Assembly: GCF_009914755.1 (NCBI RefSeq) | Contig: NC_060933.1 | Reading direction: 5' to 3' (one strand) | DNA length: 64,000 nucleotides | Source of the DNA: the human T2T-CHM13v2.0 reference genome, Homo sapiens | Shown here: positions 36,558-54,000 of the stretch, piece by piece | Layout: every line of letters starts with the position of its first letter | Position numbering within the stretch: the first letter of the stretch is position 1 | Notes under the pieces: model-generated | The model's database searches: none | What the model saw: only the letters and a program-made list of their open reading frames with translations | Told to the model about the DNA's origin: nothing | Made by a program: the position numbers and the translations under genes

Positions 36558-37727
36558 AAACTGTCATAAATGGACGATATAAAGCAAAAGCCAACACTAA
36601 AGTAGTCTGTCGTATCTGCCAAAGGCTGGGAGGGCTAAATGTCTTAGGTGCTTTAGCTAAAGCAATATTCACAATTCTGTGGCTCATCACAGTACTATTT
36701 ATTCCCTCTTCACCGAGAAGGAGCAGGTTCTAATGCTAGTGCCAGAGATCTTTTACATGACATTTTATAGGCACAGTTTATTTTATGTTGAGAAAACAGG
36801 ACTTTGTAGACTAAGGGAGAAGTCAACAAAAAGAGAGAGAATGAAGATGCAATGAGCGAATGGAAATGACTGTAGAGATCTCGGAGAGCGGTGGGGAGGG
36901 AAGGAAGGAAGGAAATGGTATGGACAGCTGAAGAGGAAGGCTCTGCCTTGAAGTAATCTTATATCTCTGATAGATATCAGAAAGAATGACAAATTTTCCT
37001 TCTTGGTAAATTTGCCCAAGACCTTATTATCCATGTTCTATAGAAACTGATAGCCTGTTTAGCTCTGGAGGTTGCCAACTTCAGCATTTATTTTTGCCCC
37101 TCTTACCCAGAGAGAAAGGATGGTAGGAAACACCCATGTGCATTCACAGACCCCCTTTTTATTACCCACACTTCCCAGTATAGCAGCACAGTATAGGACA
37201 TTTCCCAAAGTAGGTTCTACGGATCACAAAGCATATGAAATCCTCTCTCACCAAAGTATCTGCTAAATTTAAAATAGTTGAAAAAATAATGAATTCAATT
37301 AAATACCTAGGATACACCTATAGTATCTCATTGGATGCCCCATGGGGAATATAATATTCCTGAAACACAGCATTGCAGGAATTTCCCTAATAAGCTAATA
37401 ACCTAAAAACATGTACCTTTGAATACGTGGGTCTGCAGACATCTACACTAAGGGAATAGGAGTTTGGGATAAAGGATAAGAGTAAATGTAACTGGGGATC
37501 ATGGGCATTCAATAAATCATGTCAAGCTATAATGAAAGGAAAAAAGAAAGGGAGGAAAAACAAGATAACACTGTTTTCTTCTGTAGCCTGTAGGTAATCT
37601 CTACCAGCAAACTAGAGAAATCTTGTTCTCCCTGGGTGAGTGACCCCAGGAATTGTTAATTTCCAGCTGTCCAGCTATAAAGTTTCATGAACATTCCTTT
37701 AGCTGCACTTAGAAATAGGCACTCCAC

Positions 37728-38058
37728 GGGCTGGGCGCAGTGGCTCACGCCTGTAATCCCTGCACTTTGGGAGGCCGAGGTGGGTGGATCACCTGAGGTC
37801 AGGAGTTCAAGACAAGCCTGGCCAACATGGTGAAACCCCATCTCTACTAAAAATACAAAAATTAGCTGGGTGTGGTGGTGTGTGCCTGTAATCCCAGCTA
37901 CTCAGGAGGCTGAGGCAGGAGACTTGCTTGAATTCGGGAGGCTTGAATTTGGGAGGTTGCAGTGAGCCAAGATAGTGCCACGGCACTCCAGCCTAGGTGA
38001 CAGAGAGATACTCCGTCTCAAAAAAAAAGAAAAGAAAAGAAAAAGAAAAGAAAAGAAA
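37728..38058 (+). mobile_element. AluS
   Basis: TSD agaaataggca(c/t)tccac. Confidence 0.95.
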
Positions 38059-38805
38059 TAGGCATTCCACTTCTATTTTTAAAAAATAATAATAATTACA
38101 ATAGCTTCAAGTAAACCCTCTATAACTGTGTGCCTAAATTGCCACATAGCAAAAAACAACCAAAACAGATAGTTACAATGTTATAACTGTGACAAAGCTG
38201 CACTTAGTTCTTATCTAAGTCCTCACTGTATCATCCATGGGATATGCTAAACCAGCTCCTGGCAATTTTTTTCTAATAGATAATATTGCAAATGGTATAA
38301 AATCCGGGAAGTACATCAGGTGATACAGGGAAAAGTTAAATTTCCCTCCCACCCCTGTTCCCCAGCCATCCAGTTTCCCTCTCAAAAGTTAACCTCTATT
38401 ACAGTTTGTTGTGCATTCCTCTAAAGATAGTCAATGTGTTTACAGGTATATCCCCCAAAAAATTCTTACATAGATATAGGCAAATTATACATGCTGTTCT
38501 GCACCTTGTTTTTTTTCTGATTAATAATGATATGTAATAACCTTATATATAGAATTGCTTCATTTTATGAGGCTGACCAGTATTCCCTAATATGGAAGTC
38601 CCATAATTGACTTAGCTAAGCACCTGGTCGTGTATATATATGTTATTTTTCATCTTACACAACATACATACAGCATAGCTTTCATGTTCATGTAGATCTT
38701 CAGAATATACACCTGCAAGTAAAATTTCTAAGTCAACTCAGATTTCCACATTCCCCTCCATAGAGAGGTACCAATTTATAAGCACAATAGATGACTTACG
38801 AGCAA

Positions 38806-39683
38806 CTTTTTTTTTGAGAGGGGGTCTCACTATATTGCCCAGGTTGGCCTTGAACTCTTGGGCTCAAGCAGTCCTCCCACCCTCACCTCCCGAGTATCTA
38901 GGATTACAAGCATGTGCGACCATACCCAACTCAGTAGTAACTTTTTTTTTTTTTTTTGAGACAGAGTTTTGCTCTTTTGCCCAGACTGGAGTGAAGTGGC
39001 ACAATCTCGGCTCACTGCAACCTCTGCCTCCTGGGTTCCAGCAATTCTCCTGCCTCAGCCTCCTGAGTAGCTGGGATTACTGGTGTGTGCCACCATGCCC
39101 AGCTAATTTTTGTATTTTTAGTAGAGACAGAGTTTCACTATGTTGGCCAGGCTGGTCTCAAACTCCTGACCTCAAGTGATCCACCTGCCCCGGCCTCCTA
39201 AAGTGCTAGGATTACAGGTGTCAGCCACCATGCCTGGCTGCAACTTTTTAAAAATAGTGACAGGGTCTTGTTATGTTGGCCAGGGTAGCCTTGAACTCCT
39301 GGCCTCAAGCAATCATCCTGCCTTGTCCTCCCAAAGTGCTGGAATTACAGGCATGAGCCACCACACTCAGCCAACAGTAGCAATTTTTAAGCATTAAGGA
39401 ATACACTGAGATGGGATCTTGCTTTGTTGGCCAGGCTGGTCTCAAACCCCTGGCCTCAAGCAATCCTCCCACTGCAGCCTCCCAAGTAGCTGGGGTTGCA
39501 GGCATGAGCTGCCATGCCTGTGAGCTCTTTTTGAGACAGGGTTTCTCATTCCTGTGCCCAAGCTGGAGTGCAGTGGCACAATCTTGGCTTACTGCAACCT
39601 CCGCCTCGCAATGCTCAAGCAATTCTCCTGCCTTATCCTCCCAAGTAGCTGGGACCACAGGTGCACACCACCGCGCCCAGCAA

Positions 39684-39720
<37 letters not shown>

Positions 39721-39865
39721 ATGCGCGCACGTGTGTACATGTTTTGTAGAGACAGGGTTTCCCTGTCTTGGCCAGGCTGATTTCAAACTCCTGACCTCAA
39801 GTGATCTGCCAGCCTCAGCCTCTCAAAGTGCTGGAATTACAGGCGTGAGCCACTGCGCGGAACCT
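38806..39865 (-). mobile_element. Five same-strand Alu/FLAM elements; the last has (TG)n in its linker
   Basis: Monomers at ~38806, 39255, 39405; dimers at 38942 and 39527. Confidence 0.9.
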
Positions 39866-39869
39866 GATT

Positions 39870-40500
39870 CTATCTCTTAAACATCTCTTGTATCTGCCTA
39901 CCTCTCTGCATCTATATTGCCACTGCCCTAGTTAAAGTCACCATAAACTTTTGCCTACATTGCCTCCCAGGCCTTTCTACCTCTAATTTTCTCTTCAATC
40001 CATTCTCTATAATAAAGCTTATAATCTTTTAAAATAAATAAAGTGAACAAGTCATTATCACATAAAACCTTCCAAGGGCTCGTCATTATTCTCAAGATAA
40101 AGTTGTAAAGTTCTTCACACGCTTTACAGAGCATTGCCTGCCACATCTTGGGTGCTCCAGCTCCTACCTGATCTCTTGCCCCTCCCTGCCTCCATCTCTA
40201 CATTCTAAATATACTGAGCCATTTTGAACTGTCTGAATTCACCTACAGGTATTCTCTACACACTGTTCTCTCCACCTAGAATACTCTCCACTCCCTTCCT
40301 TTCTCCGCCAACTTAGACATCATGCCTCCTAGAAAACTTCTGGAAACTCTCAAGTCTGAATGAGGACCTCCTTCCCCATGCTCTCTCAGCCTGAGCCTTC
40401 TGTGCTTATCCCCTGCACTGTACTATCATGACCTAGTTAGACCCACTGTACTCTATGTCTCCAAAGACAGGGAACTGTCTGAAGTACAGCCTGAAGAAGA
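39870..40500 (-). mobile_element. L2 fragment
   Basis: Degenerate L2 3' region. Confidence 0.6.
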
Positions 40501-40529
40501 TACTGTATTTCATGGAAGAAAAACAAAAT

Positions 40530-40565
40530 GTGCTTTCCTGGGCAGCACATATACTAAAATTGGAA
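40530..40565 (+). pseudogene. 3'-truncated U6 fragment (first ~36 nt)
   Basis: 25-nt exact U6 match ggcagcacatatactaaaattggaa preceded by gtgct; flanked by aaaatgt repeats. Confidence 0.8.
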
Positions 40566-41047
40566 AGGAAAATGTTTTGTGGCTGTATAAGCACATACGA
40601 GAATTATGATTGTCCAGAAGGGAAACACTGTCTGTTTCCCAAAATATATTTGATCAAGGATTTTCTCTGAGGATATTACAGACTTGTTTCCACAGGATGC
40701 AATTTCGGGAGACTCTTTTCTAAGAGATTTCCAACAATTATCAATTAAGAATATCCCCTCCCCTAAATCATTTACCTTAAGATTCTTATTTTAATCTTTG
40801 AGGGACTCATCTTAAATTATAAAGATTTTTTATCTTAACATTTAGAATTTTTAACTTTTTAACAGAAAAAAATCTTTTAATTTAAAAGATCTTAAAAATC
40901 TTTGAGACTTTTATTGTAACTTAAAGATTTAGGGTAGGGTACAGACAAGTTTTTTATTCAGAAAAAAAAAACCCTCACATTCAAAATAACTGATTCCCCT
41001 AAAATTTTTAGGAGGAAAAAGATGTTTTAATAGAATTAGGGCAGTCC

Positions 41048-43478
<2,431 letters not shown>

Positions 43479-44029
43479 AGGGTAACAATTTATTCAGCAC
43501 TTTCTGTGTGCCCACCTGGACAATGCAAAACATTTTGTTTATTAACTCACTTAAATTGCTCAAGAGTACCTGGGTGCAGTTATTAAACTCATTTTATGAA
43601 AGAGGATACTGAATCTTAGAGAGGCTGAGTAATTTCCCTAAGGAACACAACAGCTCATAAAAGTGACACTAGGATTCATATACAGGCAGTCTGACTTGAG
43701 TTCATTCCCTTAGCAACTTCACTTTACTATCGCTTACCCACAACACTTGTGCTTATACCAATCCCTGAAGCACTATAGTGTTTTAGGGCTGGCCAGTCAC
43801 TTTCCTGAATATCTGATCATCACACAAATCTGGTACATAATAATTATGGGTGAGACTAACTATATAAAACGCCCTGAAAAACATCTGCCACATAGCATGT
43901 GAGAAGCCTCAGGCCTTTACAGATACTGGGAGGGTCATGAACCCTTAGAAACTGTATACTAACTTTTGTGTGGATGTGCACATTTTCCGGAAGAAAATCT
44001 GAAGCACTGGATCAAAAATAAGTGCCACA

Positions 44030-44455
44030 CAAAGGATCTAAATAGTTCTCCAAAGAACAAATGTCGAATAAACCCATGAAAAGATGCTCAAAATCATTAG
44101 TCATAAGGGAAATGCAAAACCATGCAGTCTTCATACCCGCTAGGATGGCTATAATCAAAAAGTCAGACAATACAAAAAATAGGGAGAAACTGGAATTATC
44201 ATGGATTGCTGGTGATTATGTAAAATAATACAATTGCTTTGAAACAAATTCTGGCAGTTCCTCAAAAGGACAAACACAAGAGTTATCATATGACCCAGAA
44301 ATTCCACTCCTAGGTATCGCCCCAAAAGAAATGAAAACACATGTCTATACAAAAACTTGTATACAAATGTTCATACCAGCATAATTCATAATTGTCAAAA
44401 AGTAGAAACAACACAAATATCCATCAACTGATTAATGGACAAATAATATACAATG
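44030..44455 (+). mobile_element. Ancient L1M ORF2 3' fragment
   Basis: aaaagatgctcaaaatcattagtcataagggaaatgcaaa...attccactcctaggtat. Confidence 0.8.
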
Positions 44456-44459
44456 CAGC

Positions 44460-47400
44460 CACAGGAAAAAAGCACCTGGACTCCAGTGGGCCCTGAGACT
44501 AACAGGGAGCTGCCTGGAGACCATGTGATGGCATTGCTCCAGGGAGGGAGCTCACACTGAGTTCCACGCACACTATGAATTCTAAGCAGCTACAGCAAGG
44601 TGCCATTTTTAGAGTCCAGCCACCACCAGACTGCATCCTATCCTGGGACCCAACAGCCCCACATCTCCATATCCCTGGAGTCCCATTGATATCCCCTGCC
44701 CACAGCCCACCTCCACTGTTTGCTGCTGCCTACAGGGCCAAACCATGAGCCATTGGCAGTGACCCCACCATGCTCCATATTGGGGTCACCACACATTTAA
44801 AAATGCCCTGAGGAAAGGCAGCCTCATTTAAAGCCACCAGCTGGAGCCAAGCTAGCTTTCCCCTGCTGCCTGTTTACAGCTTCTGCCACTGAAACAACTC
44901 TGCCCTCCCCAGCAGCAGGGCCACAATGCAGCCGCTGCCACTCCAACTCAGGCATTCCACCAGGGGCCTGGGGATCACCTCACCCCTCCTACCACAGCCA
45001 GTGGCTACATGCACCATGAGGGGCCTGAGGAGAAGCCCACCCTGTCCAACTCCATCCCACCCAGTGCTGGAGCACACCATCCAGGGGCCTAGGGATCACC
45101 TGCCCCACCCACCACAGTTGGCACCTGAGCTCTCCTCCCAGAAACCTGAGAATGGGCTCACCCAACCTGCCACCAACACCACAGCTGGCACCCACACGCA
45201 CACCACCTGCAGGCCTGGGGACTGACCCACCTAGTCCATCACAGTCAATTTCAACACCAGCATGGATCACTTGGGAACCAGAGGATTGTCTCACCACTGC
45301 TACTGTCATCATTCACACCACACCCACTGTCCAGGGGCTCAAGGACACACCTGCCTGCCCTTCCCACCATTGCCACTGACAGCACCCAAGAAAGTCACCT
45401 GCAGGCCCAAGAATCAGCTCACCTGGCCCTACTAACACCAGTGTCAGCATATGCCACCCAAGGGCCCAAAGACTGGCACATTCAGCTCACTGCTATCACC
45501 ACTAGGGCCCAAGGACTGGCCCATCTTATGTCCCCATCCCCAGCAAAACCTCACCAAAGCCTCCACTAACAATCACACCTGAAGCCACTGAGCAAATCTC
45601 AGACACTACTGACACTGTTTATAGCTGAAGAAATCATAACGAGACTATACTACTGCACACACCCAGAATCAAAGCCAAAGTGCCCTACCTAAACACCGCC
45701 ACATAAACGTCTTCAGAATACAATCCCCCCCGTGCAAGCAAATTCAAAAGATTGGAAGAAGCAATGGTTATGCCACATGCACAGATATCAATGTAAGGAC
45801 ACGAGAAACATGAAAAAGCAAGGAAATATGATACCTCCAAAGGAACATAATAATTCTCCAGCAATAGATTTCAATGAAGAAATTCATAAAACCCAGGAAA
45901 AAGAAATCAAACTAATGACATTAAAGAAGCTCAGCCAGGTGTGGTGGCTCATTCCTGTAATCTTAGTTACTTGAGAAGCTGATGCAGGAGGACCACTCAA
46001 CCTCAGGAGTTCAGGAGTTCAATCTGCCATTGAGCTATGATTGTACCACTGGAATCCAGCCTTGGCAACAGAGTGAAACCTCATCTCAAAAAAAATTTCT
46101 TTTTAATTTTAAAAAAGTTTTATTTAAAAAGCTCAGTGAGATACAAGAGAACTTGAAAATACAATACAAAGAAATCAGAAAATTCAGGATACAAATGAAA
46201 AATTGACAAAAGACATAAATATCATTAAAAAAGAACCAAAAGAAATTCTAGAATTAAAGAATTCTCTGAATGAAATACAAAATATATTAGAAAGCTTCAA
46301 CAATAGACTCAATCAAGCAGAAAGAATATGAGCACCTGAAAACAAGTGTGATGAAATAACCCAGTCAATGTGGTGTAATGATTTAAATACATATATTTGT
46401 ATATGATTTATATATATATATGATTTATATACATATATACATATATATATAACAAGGAACCATTTTATATATATAAAGGAACCATGGATATATATAGGGT
46501 TTTACCCATGGTTCCTTGTTAATAACTCCCATATCCTTTCTTTGAGTCTTTTGTTATAATGTCAGGTGTGTTAGGCCTCAGGGGAAGTTCTGAGGAAACA
46601 GAATTTGTCTCCTGCCTTTCTTATACCTGGCCCAATGCAGGATTCTAATCTTTCTGCTCCTTTCTGATTGTGGGCCTTAAGTCCCTTCCCAGAGAGGGTC
46701 CCACCCTATACCCTGGGAGAAGAAATTTTGACATCATGAAGCTTCCATAAAAATCCAAGAGGACCAGGTTTGGTGAGTTCCTGGATAGCTGAACACATAG
46801 AGGTTCCTGAAGGGTGATATGCCCAGGGAGGCATGGAAGCTGTGCAACCCTTCCCCCATACCTAGCCCTGTGCATCTCTTCATCTATATCCTTTGTAGTA
46901 TCCTTTATAATTAACCAGCAAATGTGTTTCCCTAAGTTCTGTGAGCCGCCCCAGCAAAATTAATGAAATCCAAAGAGGAGGTCATGGGAACCCCAACTTG
47001 AAGCCAGTCAGTTAGAAGTTCCATCTGAAGGAGGCAGATGTAGTCTTGGGGAATGAGTCCCCAACTTGTGTGATCTGGCACTATCTTCAGGTAGATAGTG
47101 TCAGAACTGAATTGGAAGACACCTACCTGGCATCCGCTGCTTGATGTGATGGGAAAACTCCCACACACATATTTGTCACAGGAGTCCTCTGTGCTGATTG
47201 TTGTGGTGTAAAAGTAGAGGAGAAATGAGGATTTTTCCTGACACAGACAAAAATAAAGAAAAAATAATCTAAAGAATAAAGTCTATGTGACATATGAGGC
47301 ACCATAAAGAAGCCAAATATTCAAAATTTTGGTGCTCTGGAAGGTGAAGAGAAAACAAAAGGAACAGAAAACCTATTTAATGAAATAATAACTGAAAACC

Positions 47401-49870
47401 TCCCAGGTCTAGCAAGAGATGTAGACGTCCGGAAACAGGAAGCTCAGAGATTGCCAGAAAGATACAATTCAAAAAGATCTTTTCCAGAGCACATTATAGT
47501 CAAACTGAAAGAATTCTAAATTCTAAAAACAGCAAAAGAAAAATGTCCAGTGATTTATACAGGAACCTCCATCAGACTAACAGCAAATTTCTCAATAGAA
47601 ACTTTACAAGCCAGGAGAGAATGCAATGATATATTCAAAATACCGAAAAAAAAAGCACTGCCATCCAAGGATACTATTCCTAGCAATGTTATCCTTCATA
47701 AATAAATGAGAAGTGAAGTCTTTCCCAGATAAGCAAAAGCTGAAGAAATTCATCACCATTAAACCAGTCCTATAAGAAATGTTTCAGCAAGTCCTGCACA
47801 TAGAAGCAAAAAGACAGTATCTACCATCATGAAAATACACGAAAGTATAAAACCCACTAATAGGACAAACACACAAATAAGGAAGTAAAAGTGCTTAAAT
47901 GTTACCACTACAGAATACCACCAAACCACAATGATAAACAATAAGAGAGAAAGAAAAGAACCAAGGATATACAAAACAACGAGACATCAATTAATAAAAT
48001 GGCAAGAATAAGTGCTCCCAGATCAATAATAACCGTGAAACTAAATGGATTAAATTTTCTACTTAACACATATAGATTGGCTGAATGGATTGGAAAAAAA
48101 CAATGACCCTGGCTGGGCGTGGTAGCTTGCACCTGTAATCCTAGCACTTTGGGAGGCCCAAATGGGAGGATCACTTGAGGCCAGGAGTTCAAGACCAGCC
48201 TGGTCAACGTAGCGAGATCCCATCTCTACAAAAAAAATTTTTTAATTGAAAAAAAAGACCCAACTATATGCTACCTGTAAGAAACTCATCTCACCTATAA
48301 AGACAGATATAGACTGAAAGTAAAGGAATGGAAAAAGATATTCCATGCAAACAGAAACCAAACGCAAGCATAAATAACTATACTTATATCAGATGAAACA
48401 AACTTTAAGTAAAAAAAAAGTTAAAAGAGACAAAAAATGTAATTATATAATTATAATTATATAAGGCAATCAATTCAGCAAGAAAGTATAACAATTCTAA
48501 ACATATATGCACCTAACAAAGCATGCACCCCAATATATAAAGCAAATATTATTCGATCAAACAGAACAAATAGACTCCAATACAGTAACGGTTGGGGACT
48601 TCAACACCCCACTCTCAGCATTACACAGATTATCTAAACAGAAAATTAAAATAATATTTAAATTGTACTTTAGACCAAATGGACCTAATAAATATTGACA
48701 GAACATCTCATCCAACAGTTCCAGAATACACATTTTTATCAGCATGTGGAACATTCTCCAGAATAGACTATATGGTAAAACACAAAACACATCTCAACTA
48801 ATTTTTAAAAATCAAAATCATATCATGTATCTTCTCAGACCACAAGATAAAGTAAAACTAGAAATCAATAATAAGAGGAACTTTGGAAACTGTACAAAAG
48901 TATTCTTATAGCTATAGTAACCAAAACAGCATGCTATTGGTATAAAAAGACACATAGACCATTGAACAAAATAGAGAACACAGAAGTAATTCCACATTTT
49001 TACAGCTAACTGAATTTTGACAAAGGCATCAAGAACATACATTGGTTACAGGACATCATCTTCAATAAATCATGCTGGGAAAACTGGATATTTATATGCA
49101 GCAGAATGAAACTGAACTCCTATCTCTCACCATATACAAAAATCAACTCAAGATGCATTAAAGACATAAATGCAAGACTTCAACTATAAAGATACTAGAA
49201 GAAAATATAACGGAAACACTTCAGGACATTGATCTAAGCAAAGATTTTGCAGCTAAGACCTCATAAGCACAGACAACAAAAACAAAAGTACACAACTGAT
49301 TCAGTGCTTCTTGGTTGGTTAAAAAGAAAAAAGAGAAACAAAAATACACAAATGAGACCATGTTAAACTAAAAAGTTTCTGCACAGTGAAGGAAACAATC
49401 AACAAAATGAAGAGACAATCTGTTGAGTTGGAGAAAATATCTGCAAACTATTTATTTGACAGGGGACTAATATCCAGAATATTAAAAGAACTCAAACAAC
49501 TCAACAGTAAACACAAAACAAATAAGCCCACTGAAGAGTGGGCAAAGGACATGAATCAACGTTTCTCAAACGAATACATACAAACAGCCAACATGCATAT
49601 GAAAATATGCTCAACATCACTAATCAGCAGTAAAATGCAAATCAAAACCACAATGAGATATCATCTCGCTCCAGTTAAAATGGTTATCATAAAGAAGACA
49701 AAAATTAACAAATACTGGCAAGGATGCAGAGAAAGGAGACCCTCATACACTGTTGATAGGAATGTAATTTAGTACAGCCGTTATGGAAAACAGTAATGGA
49801 GGTTCCTCCAAAAACTAAAAATGGAATTACCATTCAATCCTGCATTCCCACTACTGAGTATTCATCCAGC
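44460..49870 (+). mobile_element. Old L1M/L1PB-type element (5' region, ORF1, ORF2 endonuclease, internal deletion near 48900, ORF2 end), interrupted by a monomer at 45933-46093, a MER21 LTR and a FLAM at 48111-48256
   Basis: ORFs 48507 (VGDFNTPLSAL) and 49386 ([11 protein letters not shown]); ORF1-like 45732. Confidence 0.85.
46369..47243 (+). mobile_element. MER21-type solo LTR inserted in L1 ORF1
   Basis: TG...CA ends splitting L1 gaaataacccagtca|gacaaaaataaag; ggatagctgaacacatagaggttcctg, ggcatggaagc. Confidence 0.82.
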
Positions 49871-49939
49871 TGAAAGCAGATTCAACCACCTATTCAAAGT
49901 ATAAGACAAAGCCCACTACAAAGGAGTCTGTGTGAGAAT

Positions 49940-50355
49940 CTCTTTTTCCATTTTTGTTTTAATTGTGGTAAAATATATAATGTAAAATTTACCATCCTAA
50001 CCATTTTTAAGTGTGTAGCTCAGTTTTGCTAAGTATATTCACATTGTTGTGCGGCCAATCTCCAGAACTTTTTCATCTCGAAAAACTGAAACTCTATACC
50101 CATTAAACAACTAAACATTTCCCCTCCCCTAGCCCTGCCAACCATAATTCCACTTTTTGTTTGTATGAATTTGATTTCTATAGATGCCTCATAAGTGGAA
50201 TCATACAGTATTTATCTTTTTGTGACTGGTTTATTTTACTTAGCATTATGTCCTCAAGGTTCATCCATGTTGTAGCATGTGTCAGAATTTCCCTCCATTT
50301 TAAGGCTGAATAATATTCCCTTGTGTATATATGCCATATTTTGTTTATCCATCCA
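49940..50355 (-). mobile_element. L1MB-like 3' end
   Basis: aattgtggtaaaatatata...aagtggaatcatacagtattt. Confidence 0.85.
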
Positions 50356-50820
50356 GAAAATCTATTTCTATGTCAGTGGTATTGTTCTGTTGGTCTGGTG
50401 GCACAACAGGTATTTAGCTCAATTTTTAATGATTGTGATTTTATACCAAGAGAAAAAGAGATGTGATTGTATATTTGCACTCTAGGAAAGGAAAACCAAA
50501 TTAAAGCTGAAACTGAGCTCAGTTTCATCGAGAAGCATCTCACTATCCCTTTCTATCTCAAAAATAAAAGTTTTATTCACTGTATATTCCCAGATTCTGG
50601 AAGACAGTTTGGCACATAACACTCGGTCAGTATTTGTGACTGATTGTGAAGAGAAAATGCTATACCTATGATCTTGATCACTCCAGTTCATCTGAACATA
50701 CTATTCAAGAAGGCACTAATGTGTATTGACATGGAAAAATCTACAGGAACTACTGTTAAGTGAAACAAGTTACAGATCAATATATACAATATGATTCAAT
50801 TTATTTAAAAACACATGCAA

Positions 50821-51742
<922 letters not shown>

Positions 51743-52892
51743 CTATTTGGATTTCTATTTGTAGTATTTGAATTATTTACAACAAGAAATTATTTTTATA
51801 TTGTTAGTGACAAAGTTTTTAAGGGAAAAACATCTGGAGAATTATTTTCTGTGATACACAATCAAGGAAAAAAACATATTCAATTCTGTTTACCTTACAT
51901 GTACCTTTTCTTAGAAAGCTACTGGAGAATGTGCTCCATCAAAATGATAGAAGAAATCAAAAAAGACTAAGGTGTGGGATATAGGAAACAGGAGCCAGCA
52001 TAACAGAGATGCAAAGTGAATCAGTCCCCAAATGATGGTGAAGAGAGAGCCCAAGGTAATAGCTGTGCATCAAACATCAAGAGCAACCAGTCTGGACTGG
52101 CAAAGCAGGTAAGAAAGCTGTGATAGAAATAAAATTGATTCAAATAGCTGTTGCATTGGACATCTTGAGGGAAGATTTAGACAACTAACAAAGAACTTGT
52201 GGTTAAATTGGTGAAAACTTTGCAAACACAGAGAGACAACTCTGGAAAAAAACAAGGAAGAAAGCTTTTAATAGCATGTAGGGAGGCATAATAATGTTGA
52301 CCTAACTAAATATTGACCTAACCAAAAATTATGAGATAACTATATTCAGAGGATCTATGGAAGGAATAGGTAGGATGCATGTAAGTGGTAGTGGCAGGAA
52401 AACAGAAAAGAGTTAAATCCACACATTTCTTGCAGGAAAGTCAATGCATGATGACTAAACCTCAAAAACCAAGAAGGAGCAATTATAAGGAATATCTAGA
52501 GATACAGACAAATAGTAACTAGTTAAAAGAGATGAACATGATTACTTCTCTTAAAAAGCAGGAAGTGATGGAGGGTTCTACTGTTTTTAGATATTAACCC
52601 TATGGAATTAATTGATTCTGAACAATGAGAACGTAAAACTTCAATAAAACTAAGAAGTAAAGAAAAAAGGCACTAGTGAGACTCACATCATAATATCTTA
52701 CCTAACAGTGATGGATTTTACAGAAAATAGTTGCCATGTAGACTTCTGATGTGTCACAAAGGAATAACTGAGTTATAGGTAGGATGGTCACTTTCAGTTC
52801 CAGCATGGTATTGATTCTACCAGAAGTATAATGAAAATCACTCAGATTATTTGGGCTGTTTATACTGAAAACTCATGATTTAAAACACAGTG

Positions 52893-53027
52893 AGGCCAGG
52901 CACAGTGGCTCAGGCCTGTAATCTTGGCACTTTGGGAGGCCAAAGAGGATTGCTTGAGCCCAGGAGTTCAAGACCAGTCTGGGCAACACAGCGAGACTCT
53001 GTCTCAAAAAAATAAAATAAAATAAAA
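52893..53027 (+). mobile_element. Alu monomer (FLAM-like)
   Basis: Left-arm consensus plus A-tail. Confidence 0.85.
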
Positions 53028-53649
53028 AGTGAGAAATTTGAAAAAGAAGGAAAAAGAGAGAAGCCATATTTCAGGCACAGTATTTACCAAATGCTTGATA
53101 GTTTTGGCATAGATGTCCTATCCAAAAAATTAACTATGATAGATAATTGTAAATAGGCAAGATAAGACCAAAATTTGTGACAAATTGCAACATATTGCAC
53201 GATTCTTTCCCTTCACCTCTGGTATAATGATCTCAAATGCTATTCATGCCCTTGTCTATCAAGACAAGTTTAACACTACCAAAGGGTACTAGTCTCCAGT
53301 TTTGGCCCAAAAAACAAAACTCATGCTAACTCCTACCCTAGATGGTTACCACTCCTGGTGGGAAACATAAGAAACAACCAGATTCTTAAAGTCAAGCCCA
53401 GATTCCAGTCTGGCCAAAATAGCTAACGCTTTATCAGTCCTGTAAGAACCCAAAGCAGATGACAGTGAAACATCAAAATCTGTATACAGGGGGAAAGAAA
53501 TTGAATAACTCGTTTCCCACTTTAACAATTAAAGGTGATCATTTCTCCCTAGAACAAATAATCACAAATGATGTGTATGACTAGAACATCTATGTTCTCA
53601 GTGTCTTTTTTTCTCTTTTTTTTTTTTCTTTTTTATGTTCTCCGTGTCT

Positions 53650-54000
53650 TAAAGCACTGACCTGAGTTCAAATCTCAAATCTGCTTTTCTCCTTTGGTTT
53701 CATTTTCCTCACCTGTAAACCGGTGGAGATGGGAGAGACAGGATACTTGGACTTTATAGGATTACTGCCAGGATGAAATAGTTAAGAATCCCAAACTCTT
53801 ACAACCTGCTAAATACGTCAGGCATTATTCTAAGTGCAAATGGCATGTAGCATTTCAATTCATCTTGAAACTACAAATCGTATTATCCCATTTTCCAGAT
53901 GAGAAAGCCGAAGAACAGATGTTAACTCGCCCAAAATCACAGGTAGTGATGCAGCTGGGATGCTAATTCAGGCTACCTGGCTCCAGAGCATATGTTCTTA
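53650..54000. mobile_element. Two MIR fragments in opposite orientation
   Basis: ttttcctcacctgtaaa and cccattttccagatgagaaagccga MIR cores. Confidence 0.7.
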
